Part shown: one piece after another, positions 32,671-42,661 of the stretch
How positions within the stretch are numbered: position 1 is the first letter of the stretch
Layout: each line of letters begins with the position of its first letter
Assembly (NCBI GenBank): GCA_013239625.1
Contig: MU053594.1
Coordinates: forward strand, 1,281,444-1,324,104
Source of the DNA: Lama guanicoe
Lineage: Eukaryota
Reading direction: 5' to 3'
DNA length: 42,661 nt
Position numbers and translations under genes: made by a program
The notes under the pieces: generated by a model
Told to the model about the DNA's origin: nothing
Database searches by the model: none
Seen by the model: only the letters and a program-made list of their open reading frames with translations

Positions 32671-34578
32671 ACTACAATGCCTTCCTTGCGCTAGGATATT
32701 CCAGCTGTTCCTCGATTCAGCTGCTCCTTCTGATTGTCGGCTGGGCGTTGGGAGCTCACCGAGATGATTTTTGGTCATTTCTCATTCTACCTCTGGGAGA
32801 GGTTACTGGTCCAGGAAGGCTGGCGTGGAGGCAGGGGTGAGTGTATTTTTTGGGGGGCCACTAGGAGACCTCGCATCTGAAGGCGCAAAGCCTCTCTCCC
32901 CAGAAGCAGCACAGTTAACATTATGCAGTTTGACAATCTGTCCTCATCATTTCTAAGAATGGAGCTTCCCCCTTTGAAATCCATGAGTAGCCCCAGGCCA
33001 CTCAGAGCTGGCGCTCTGTGGACTTTGGACTTTCCCCTTGTCCTAAAAGGAAGGAGCTTCATTTCTGCCCCCCTTTAATCTTGGAAGCCTTCCTGGGAGA
33101 GTTTAGCTTTGAGCTCTGCTTTGGAAGAAGTGAAGGAGGCAGTTGGATGCATGCTAATTAGGACGTTTTTAGTTTGAACAGCAACTCTTGAGACACTGTG
33201 GTGAAAAATCTCTCAGAGTCTCATGGAGAGGGCAGACATAGTTCATATGTAGGGCAGCAAATGACAACTCAGAACCCGGTTGATGGGTTTCAATGATGGG
33301 CCACAAGCAACATGATAACCTTTAGCAGAAATAAATGCAAACTCCCAAATGTGGGTGCAAATGACCATTTTTAGAATTCTAGGGTGGGGAAGCAGACTTG
33401 AAAGCAGTCCATGGGAGACCTAATTGGGGGTTTGGTGGAACACATATAAACTCAGACTACTCCAACACTGCGATACAGAGATCTGCTAAGAGATCTAAAG
33501 CAACCTTGAGTTATATAAATACATGTTTATTGCGCCTTGACTCTAGGTTAAGAAAAAGTAAAAATGACCAAATATGAAGCCTGTGCACCGTTCCGGGTGA
33601 CACTGTTTTAAGTAGAGTTTGGGAGAGGACTAGATTGCTGGGCCCTTGCTCCAAATGTCCCCCACCCCCAACTTGGATTGTCAGATTCAAGGGCACCTAA
33701 TTGAGTCATGTTTTAACAGGATGAAACTTTCAAAAAACATTAGCATGTCCAGGCACATGAGTGTTGTCCCTCCCTTTTTGACTTCCGACTCTCTTGACCA
33801 GGGCCTGCCGCAGCCATCTCTCCCTCTGACTCTCCTCCTCCTCCTCCTCTTGTCTTGGGACTGATTTCGGGCCCAGGACCACTGGCGCAGCCTGAGAAGA
33901 CCTGGGCCACGGGGCCAAGACCATTCTGCTCTTCACATCAGGAGAAACCACCTGTCTTGTGTCTCTGCTCCTTTTCTCCTGGTGCTGTGTTTTGGGTTGG
34001 AGCTGCCATTTCCCCTGTTGAAGGCTAAGACCTGAGGCTCAGTTGTGGCCACTGAGAAGGCCCAGAGCCAGGCAGACTGGGGGCTGCTCCAATTCTGGCT
34101 CTAGGTTGACTCTGACTGAGGCCTGGCCAAAGGAATTCTCTACTGTGTTGGCCCAGCTCTGTTGAGCTCTGCTCTGGGGTTTGGGGATAGTCCACTAACT
34201 AACAATAACTCTCCTCTTTGCTACACCTACACTTATATTTTCTTCTGGAAAATACTGTGGTTGGAATTGTGCCCTTTGCGAATTCATATGCTGAAGCCCT
34301 AACCACCCCCAAGGCCAATGTGATGGTATTTGGAGATGGGACCTTTGCAGCAATGAAATTTAGATGAGGTCATGAGGGTGGGGTCCTTACGATGGGATTA
34401 GTGCCTTATATGAAGAGAGCTTATAAGAAGACCCTTCTCTCTCTTCCTCTCCACCTCCTCCAACCCACCACCATGCAAAGACATAGCAAAAAACAGCCAC
34501 CTGCAAGCTAGGAAGAGGGCCTTCACCAGGAACCAACTGGCTGGTATCTTGATCTTAGACTTCCCAGCCTCCAGACTC
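32615..34578 (+). repeat. Copy 1 of a 1,964-bp direct duplication flanking a gap
   Basis: Aligns without indels to 34750-36713 at offset 2135. I counted 8 substitutions by eye. Confidence 0.97.
34253..34578 (+). mobile_element. MaLR LTR MLT1A-like, truncated by the gap (copy 1)
   Basis: aattcatatgctgaagccctaac...aatgtgatggtatttggagatggg...gacttcccagcctccaga. Confidence 0.9.
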
Positions 34579-34749
34579 NNNNNNNNNNNNNNNNNNNNNN
34601 NNNNNNNNNNNNNNNNNNNNNNNNNNNNNNNNNNNNNNNNNNNNNNNNNNNNNNNNNNNNNNNNNNNNNNNNNNNNNNNNNNNNNNNNNNNNNNNNNNNN
34701 NNNNNNNNNNNNNNNNNNNNNNNNNNNNNNNNNNNNNNNNNNNNNNNNN
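34579..34749. other. Assembly gap (171 N)
   Basis: Run of N between the two duplicate copies. Confidence 1.
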
Positions 34750-36713
34750 CAAAGGAGTGGCAGAGCCAGGGCTTGAACCCGGGGCCCGGAGGACTTGATC
34801 TCCAAACTACAATGCCTTCCTTGCGCTAGGATATTCCAGCTGTTCCTCGATTCAGCTGCTCCTTCTGATTGTCGGCTGGGCGTTGGGAGCTCACCGAGAT
34901 GATTTTCGGTCATTTCTCATTCTACCTCTGGGAGAGGTTACTGGTCCAGGAAGGCTGGCGTGGAGGCAGGGGTGAGTGTATTTTTTGGGGGGCCACTGGG
35001 AGACCTCGCATCTGAAGGCACAAAGCCTCTCTCCCCAGAAGCACCACAGTTAACATTACGCAGTTTGACAATCTGTCCTCATCATTTCTAAGAATGGAGC
35101 TTCCCCCTTTGAAATCCATGAGTAGCCCCAGGCCACTCAGAGCTGGCGCTCTGTGGACTTTGGACTTTCCCCTTGTCCTAAAAGGAAGGAGCTTCATTTC
35201 TGCCCCCCTTTAATCTTGGAAGCCTTCCTGGGAGAGTTTAGCTTTGAGCTCTGCTTTGGAAGAAGTGAAGGAGGCAGTTGGATGCATGCTAATTAGGACG
35301 TTTTTAGTTTGAACAGCAACTCTTGAGACACTGTGGTGAAAAATCTCTCAGAGTCTCATGGAGAGGGCAGACATAGTTCATATGTAGGGCAGCAAATGAC
35401 AACTCAGAACCCGGTTGATGGGTTTCAATGATGGGCCACAAGCAACATGATAACCTTTAGCAGAAATAAATGCAAACTCCCAAATGTGGGTGCAAATGAC
35501 CATTTTTAGAATTCTAGGGTGGGGAAGCAGACTTGAAAGCAGTCTATGGGAGACCTAATTGGGGGTTTGGTGGAACACATATAAACTCAGACTACTCCAA
35601 CACTGCGTTACAGAGATCTGCTAAGAGATCTAAAGCAACCTTGAGTTATATAAATACATGTTTATTGCGCCTTGACTCTAGGTTAAGAAAAAGTAAAAAT
35701 GACCAAATATGAAGCCTGTGCACCGTTCCGGGTGACACTGTTTTAAGTAGAGTTTGGGAGAGGACTAGATTGCTGGGCCCTTGCTCCAAATGTCCCCCAC
35801 CCCCAACTTGGATTGTCAGATTCAAGGGCACCTAATTGAGTCATGTTTTAACAGGATGAAACTTTCAAAAAACATTAGCATGTCCAGGCACATGAGTGTT
35901 GTCCCTCCCTTTTTGACTTCCGACTCTCTTGACCAGGGCCTGCCGCAGCCATCTCTCCCTCTGACTCTCCTCCTCCTCCTCCTCTTGTCTTGGGACTGAT
36001 TTCGGGCCCAGGACCACTGGCGCAGCCTGAGAAGACCTGGGCCACGGGGCCAAGACCATTCTGCTCTTCACATCAGGAGAAACCACCTCTCTTGTGTCTC
36101 TGCTCCTTTTCTCCTGGTGCTGTGTTTTGGGTTGGAGCTGCCATTTCCCCTGTTGAAGGCTAAGACCTGAGGCTCAGTTGTGGCCACTGAGAAGGCCCAG
36201 AGCCAGGCAGACTGGGGGCTGCTCCAATTCTGGCTCTAGGTTGACTCTGACTGAGGCCTGGCCAAAGGAATTCTCTACTGTGTTGGCCCAGCTCTGTTGA
36301 GCTCTGCTCTGGGGTTTGGGGATAGTCCACTAACTAACAATAACTCTCCTCTTTGCTACACCTACACTTATATTTTCTTCTGGAAAATACTGTGGTTGGA
36401 ATTGTGCCCTTTGCGAATTCATATGCTGAAGCCCTAACCACCCCCAAGGCCAATGTGATGGTATTTGGAGATGGGACCTTTGCAGCAATGAAATTTAGAT
36501 GAGGTCATGAGGGTGGGGTCCTTACGATGGGATTAGTGCCTTATATGAAGAGAGCTTATAAGAAGACCCTTCTCTCTCTTCCTCTCCACCTCCTCCAACC
36601 CACCACCATGCAAAGACATAGCAAAAAACAGCCACCTGCAAGCTAGGAAGAGGGCCTTCACCAGGAACCAACTGGCTGGTATCTTGATCTTAGACTTCCC
36701 AGCCTCCAGACTC
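34750..36713 (+). repeat. Copy 2 of the 1,964-bp direct duplication
   Basis: Begins caaaggagtggcagagcc immediately after the gap. About 99.6% identical to 32615-34578. Confidence 0.97.
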
Positions 36714-36786
36714 GTGAGAAATAAATGTATTTGAGCCACCCCATCTATGATATTTTTCATTATGACAACCTGAGCTGACTAATACA
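36388..36786 (+). mobile_element. MaLR solo LTR MLT1A-like, complete
   Basis: Runs tactgtggttgg...gagaaataaatg...gactaataca, with a probable 5-bp TSD gaaaa/gaaac. Confidence 0.9.
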
Positions 36787-38264
36787 GAAACCTATTATAT
36801 CTCAATTTTTGCAAAAAAAAAAGAGTTTAGTTTATTAAAAAAGGAAAAATAAGCAAACAAACCAACCTGTGGAGGTAAGAGACTGCTTGAAGGCAGGATT
36901 TGGGTATTGTTATGTGCTGGCTTAATCTGCCACAATAATGCCCTCCCAGAGCATCAATCCATTATTACTATTCCTGACACTGCTGGGCTGGAGAATGAGC
37001 AGAGGGAAGCTGCCGGGCTGGAGAAGGGACTTGAGACCACGGCTTGTGAGAATGGTCTGGGGATCTGGGCTGCTAACCTCTCCTAAGAGGAGGGTGGGGC
37101 TACCAGGAAATCCCTGCAGTGATGCGATCCCTTAGAGATGAATGCAAGGGCTGGGTGCTTCCCCATTTAAAGCAGCTTGGAGAAGCCAACTGCCCACCTG
37201 AGACTACGGCACACCTAATAACAATATATTCCAGAGTGAGGCGCCTAAGAAGGATTACAAACCCCACCCTCAAGATAGTAAAACCTAGTCCTCAATGAAG
37301 CTCTCAGTTATCATCTTGGCAAGAGAGGCAGCTACAGGCGGGGGACCGTGATGTACAAAAAGATGATCAGATTCTACAAATTCATCACTTTTGGTTTCTT
37401 GGTCACCCCTGGTCAAGGAAGCAAAGTAACTCCTCCTTCCTTCTGCAGCCCTTGCGGTGGAGAAGGTACCTGAAACACAGCAAAGGGAGTTTGAGAGACT
37501 GGGTTCCCACTTCCTACTGACTGGGTTTGGGGCAAGAGCGTGCCACCTAGAGTGGGCAGAGGTCCTCTTGGAGAGGAGGGAACAGGCTGAAGCCTCGGAC
37601 ACAAGGGAAAGAAGGGATGAACTGCAGCATCCAAGAAATGGAAAGTGTCACCAGGGTAGAACAATCACTGGGGCGACAGAAAGACCCAGTATCATCCCAT
37701 GTGTCTACAGGGCCATCTTCAGAAGGTGGTCCCAGCTGGGAGAGTCTAGACCAACAGATCAAGTCACAGGAAGGACTTTTTGGATTCCTCCTGGGCAAGA
37801 CATTGTGATCCCCCCAGAGCTGTGCAGGACAGGAGGCTCTGCCTCTTGAGATGCTGTGTTCCTTGCCCCTGGAGGAATGGAGGGGCTGAGCACCCAGGAG
37901 GCTGGACGAGGTACTCCCAACTAGCTTCTGCAGAGCCCCTCCCAGCCACGAGCAGGGGGAAACACCCTCACAAAAACCCGGCAGCCAACCCCGGCTCTCT
38001 GGAGCAGGCACGGGAAAGGAACTACTGTACAGCTGTAGGACAATGATTATAAATGCCAGAGAATATTCAGTGGGCTGTGACTGTTGACAAAATCACTTTC
38101 TTTCCAGCTCATCTGGAGATGAAGTCACCTGGCAACTGGACACGCATGTGGGGCCCGCTACCTGCCTGGCCGGCTCTGCCTTCCTGGTTCTGGCCAATCC
38201 GATGGATTCCTCTGCAGGAATCAAGAGCAGGATGGCTCTGATACGGAATGAGAGGAACAATTTT

Positions 38265-38870
38265 GTTTATATGTAGATGGTGCCCGAGTCTTCTCTGCTC
38301 CGGGCACCACACCGTGTGCTGGGCATGCAGAGAAGAAAAAAGCCCCTGCCTTCAAGGACCCCACAGTCCCTGTGCACTTAGACAACTGGAATTCAGTTAT
38401 CTTTTGAGAGATGTTGGTTGAGCGTGAGCTTCGTGCCAGGCACTGGAGATTCAGCAGAGACAAGAAAGACGTGGTCTCCACCCTTGGGGAACATTCCAGG
38501 ACATGCCAGACAATAGGCAAGTCACACATAAAGGAGATCATGTCTTGTACAAAAGGCCATGAAGGAAATTAAAAATGTGAGGGAAAAGAGAATGAGAAGG
38601 GAGCACCTGCTGTAGAAAGGGTGGTCGAGGAGACCTCTCTGATAAGACAATTCGATTCCCACGGAAAGCTTGAGGGGCCAGCTGATGGGGAGTACAGAGC
38701 AGAGCATTCCAAGTCAAGGGAACAGTTTCCATGAAGGCAGGGAAGGTCCTGGGTTGTTCAGACAAGCAGAAATCACTGTGGCAGGTGATGGCATGGGATG
38801 AGGTTGGGAAAAGGGCAGGAGGACGCTTCAGAGGGCTCTGTGAGATTTAAAGGAGAATTTTATTCTAAAT
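38265..38870 (-). mobile_element. LINE-2 3' fragments
   Basis: gtgccaggcactggagattcagcagagacaagaaagac, agggtggtcgaggagacctctctga, agagcattccaagtcaagggaacag, tttattctaa. Confidence 0.85.
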
Positions 38871-39934
38871 TCAGCTCAAGATCAATATTCCCAGTTTGGG
38901 GAATGCAGTAGTGAGGATTTTAAAAGGACCAGCGTCCAGATCGTCTAGGATCCCAGCTGCCAGGATTCATGCCCTCTTGTACATTTAATGGCCCCTCCTC
39001 TGCCCCATCTCCTGGCTCTGGCTTGCCTTCATGGAGGAGCAGAAAGAGGCAGAGTCTTCCAGTAGACAGAGGAGCATGGACACTCTGGAGACTGTCAGTA
39101 AGGGTCTTTGAAGGAATCAGAGGTGGCTCAGGAGACCAACAGTGAAAAAAAAGCAGAGACTCAGGGAGATGACGTCCAGGACTCTGTCATCTGGCTACAT
39201 CCTCCTGAAAGTCACTGATGGGGCAATTTTCTCTCTGTCTCTCCTTCAACCTCTGGCCCCTCCAACCTCCCCAGAGGAAAGAGAGCTGCAGAATTCCTCC
39301 ATGAAGACTGCTTTCTTGGAAGACCTGGGCTTTTCAGAGCCAGAGCTCTTGCAGTAACATTTACCGCAGCAGTTCTGGAAAGGACGCACAGGAAGCTGGT
39401 CCAGGCAGAAGGCCGGAAACTTGGGAGCTTCTCTGGTTCAATCTTTTCTTCTCTGTTTTATTTTTAAAAATCCACTTTGCAAAGATCTATGGTCTTCAAG
39501 TTTCTGAAAAGGGAAGCAGCAAAGAAACTCCTTCTGGTGTGAATGAAAAGAATTACATAAACCACAGTAAATTTAGTATGAAATTACATCGCCAGCCCCA
39601 GAGGAGAAAGATGCTTTTCCATCCTGCATTAGCCATGTTCAAGGATCCATTATCCTGAGTTCCCAGTCGGCTGCACATAAAGAGACTCAATGGCATGTAG
39701 GTCTAGCTCATCTCATAGGATGGAAGCTGCTAGAACATATAAATTATCTGATTTTCCTTAGGGCATGGAGTTTTTGCAGAAGTCCCTCCTTGGGTTTATA
39801 TTTGTCTCTTCTTTACTTTCTAAACTGGGACTCGGACTTCTGCTGATTCTTGAGCTCCGTTAAACCAGAATTTCTTTCCTGTTGGGGTTTTTCACAGTTT
39901 TAAGAGGTCCTGAAGTCCCGGGAGGCCCACCTCT

Positions 39935-40190
39935 AGGCTGAAAGGAGAGAGCTCAGGGCTTCAGGTGATGGTTTCAAGTCCAAGCCAACTTCCGGCTGTG
40001 TGATTTGGGTCAAGTGACTTAACGTCTCTGGGCCTGTTTCCTCGTCTGTAAAATGATGACAACAACAACAGAAACCTGCCCACTTACCTCAAAGATTTGC
40101 TTTGGAGTTCAGTTGAGGAAATGGCTTTGAAATGCTTTTGACACAGTACCTGACCCACAGTAACTTTTCAACAAAAGTTAGCTACTTTTA
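39935..40190 (+). mobile_element. MIR SINE
   Basis: ggctgtgtgatttgggtcaagtgacttaacgtctctgggcctgtttcctcgtctgtaaaatg. Confidence 0.9.
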
Positions 40191-40307
40191 GAGTCAACTC
40201 CTCTTTCATCTGCTCTGGAAACATCTGTCGTCTCCCTCTGAGATGCTAATTTTCTTCAAAGGATGCTAAATGGCCTTCATAATACGCAGTCCCAGCCAAA
40301 CAGGGTC

Positions 40308-40430
40308 AATTCATTCGTTCATTCATTCAATAAAAATGGACTGAGCTTTAACTATATGCCGGTGCCGAAACAGAGTCTGCTGATAAAAAGAAAAATAAGC
40401 CAATGCCTGCCCTTCAACATGTGATGACAT
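40308..40430 (-). mobile_element. LINE-2 3' tail
   Basis: ttcattcgttcattcattcaataaaaatggactgagc...ctatatgcc. Confidence 0.7.
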
Positions 40431-41556
40431 TGGACAAGACAGACAGACAGACAAGCCGCCTTGCAGGTGGAACAGACCACAGCACGAGTGGGCAGAGGGA
40501 GACCCTAAAGTCGGGCTTTCATGACCACCCTTGGCTCCTGGGTGGCAAAGACAAGACTTAGAAGGAGCCAAGCGTCCTCTGTGGAGTTTCCTGTAGCAGG
40601 TCACCATGGACATGAGGGACAGCTGTGGGTAGATTCTCAAAAATAGGAGTCACGACTTGACCTTGGGGAGTCCACAGCACCAACAGAACCTGAGTGCAGC
40701 CAGTGTGCCTGGGGAGGCAGGGAAGCATGGGTTCTGACCAAATCCAGAGAGACAAGCTCATAAATTACACAGATGCAGACTTGGCTTCTGACCCTGGGCC
40801 ATGGCTGGACAAAGACCAGCCATGAGGGGAAGAGGGTGGTTCATGGGAGCTAAAGGAACTGGAGAAATTTGAAACTTCTTCTCCGCCACAAGGTTGCATA
40901 AAGCCCCCTCCTTCCCTCCTCAATCTTAGGGGAGGAACGGGGAGAAAAAGGAACAGCATGAGAGATGGAGCACCTTTCGTTCAGGAGACCGGCACTTCCT
41001 AAAAGGACTACGGCGTTATTGGAGGAGCTCAGGCTCTAAACCAGACTGGACCTGTGGTTACTTTTTCCCACCCTTTCCCACTCTTTCTGGAAAAGAAGAC
41101 TAGACTCATTACAGATAACAGAGCTCATTTTGCCTCACACGTGAGTTGTCATATAATTAAAGTGTGTGACCCCTTCTCCCCCGTGTGTACACTCAGTACC
41201 CAGCACAGCGCCAAGCACTGAAGTGACACTGCATGGATGCAGCAAGTCTGTGTGGGAAAAAAAGTTGAGGGACAACAGGTCCTATCTGGGGCTCTGGATC
41301 CCATTTCTGAAAGCTGTAATCAAGTCAATATATATTTAAAAAAAAAGAATACAACCCTGGACCCTTGGCCATTCATTCCTCATTCCTGATGCCCAGACCA
41401 CACGCAGACCCTCACTGCTCTGGAGATCGAGGGGAAGGCCACAGGCTTACTTGGACCTGGTGCGAGTATCCATCCTGGGCCTGAGAACTTAGTTTATTTT
41501 AAACCAGTTTCCATTGATGGACCAATTCCATGTCTCCTACAGGTCTGCACCCTGGC

Positions 41557-41578
41557 CACACACACACACACACACACA
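41557..41578 (+). repeat. (CA)11 microsatellite
   Basis: Read directly from the sequence. Confidence 0.95.
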
Positions 41579-42369
41579 AAGACACACATCCAGAGAAGCA
41601 CACAGCTGAGTTAAGATGCCATGTGGGTGTGGGAGTTTTCAGCGTGGAAGGATCTCGGCTGGTTCTATAATGAAGAGGAGGCAGGGATGGGTTGAGAAAG
41701 AGTAGCATGTGAAGGCCCCACCTCACTCCTGGGGAGATGCTAAGCTGACACGTGCAGCCAGAATGGACTGTCCGCATTGGGAGGGCAGAGGCAGGTGGGA
41801 ATGGATAGTTCCTGACCCTGATTGGAGATTTTTTTTCATGCATCTCATGATTAAAAATTGTCTTGGGGTGTGCAGCAGTCTGTGTCTCCTGCCTGGGCAG
41901 GTGGAAACTTGGGGGAGGGGAGGTTCTGGGGTGTGTGGATGATGTCACGGGAGGGGGAGCAGGAGCGCTGTGATATCACAGGCGTGTGGGAACTTCCTGG
42001 GTGAGAAGTCTGGAGGAGGACTGAAGCGCTCCGGATCCTATTTCTGGCTTTAATAACAGCCCTGGTGACAACCAACCACATGAAAAGGGTGCAGGCAGGT
42101 GGGTCTGTCAGCGAGCAGCAGCACCTCCTGCCTGGAACGAGGGTTTTCTCTGAGGTCCTGGTGGCCTTTAATGCAGGGGTAGGGTTGGGGGATGCAGGAT
42201 GCATTTGGAGCTGTGAGAAGGCACAGATATCTGAGAAAGGATGCAAAGTGGTGGGAAATGGATGCCACAACAGGGCTTCAAAGGAGTCACTGAAATACAT
42301 TTGAGGAGGCTGTGGCAACAGAGCAGAAGCCCTGCCACCTCCTCACTCATATCCTTGACTGATCTCCTT

Positions 42370-42640
42370 AACCGCTCTGGGCCTCAGCTGCCTCTTCTGT
42401 AAAATGGGGATAGTCATAGCACCTTCCTTACAGGCTGTCAAGACTAAATAAGTTCATTCTGACTTGGAAAGAGCTTAGGATGATACTTTGCATGTAGTAT
42501 GTGCTCAGGAAGGTTAGTAGCTATTGCAGTGGAAACAGTGGAAGGTGGAGGAGGAAACAGAAGACTGAGTTTGAATGTTGACTCTGCCAGTGACCAAGTG
42601 AAGGCCTCTTTGGGCCTCAGTTTCTTCATTTGCAAAAAGA
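42370..42640 (+). mobile_element. Two MIR fragments
   Basis: ctctgggcctcagctgcctcttctgtaaaatggggata and ctttgggcctcagtttcttcatttgcaaaa. Confidence 0.8.
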
Positions 42641-42661
42641 AGATGATGGACGAGACGAGAT

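Noticed and set aside
32787..36086. Pairs of identical ORFs suggesting a duplicated gene cluster
   Set aside because: They result from the 1,964-bp gap-flanking duplication, and the ORFs show no coding signature.

Overview
Mammalian genomic DNA from a draft scaffold with two N-gaps, most likely a camelid. That call rests on three tRNA-Ala-derived vic-1-type SINEs and young lineage-type L1 3' ends. The window reads as intergenic or intronic. Roughly half is interspersed repeat: MIR, L2, old L1M, MaLR/ERVL LTRs, hAT MITEs and young SINE/L1 copies with target-site duplications (TSDs). I recognise no protein-coding gene; the supplied ORFs are either L1 ORF2 remnants or apparently spurious. The largest structural feature is a 1,964-bp near-identical duplication flanking a 171-N gap, which is most likely an uncollapsed-haplotype assembly artefact. 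Repeat-free stretches hold a GC-box/CCAAT promoter-like cluster, several enhancer-like motif clusters and weak splice-site evidence for non-coding transcripts on both strands. I found no convincing evidence of a novel biological system. Repeat family names come from recalled consensus sequences rather than a search, and boundaries of old repeats are approximate.
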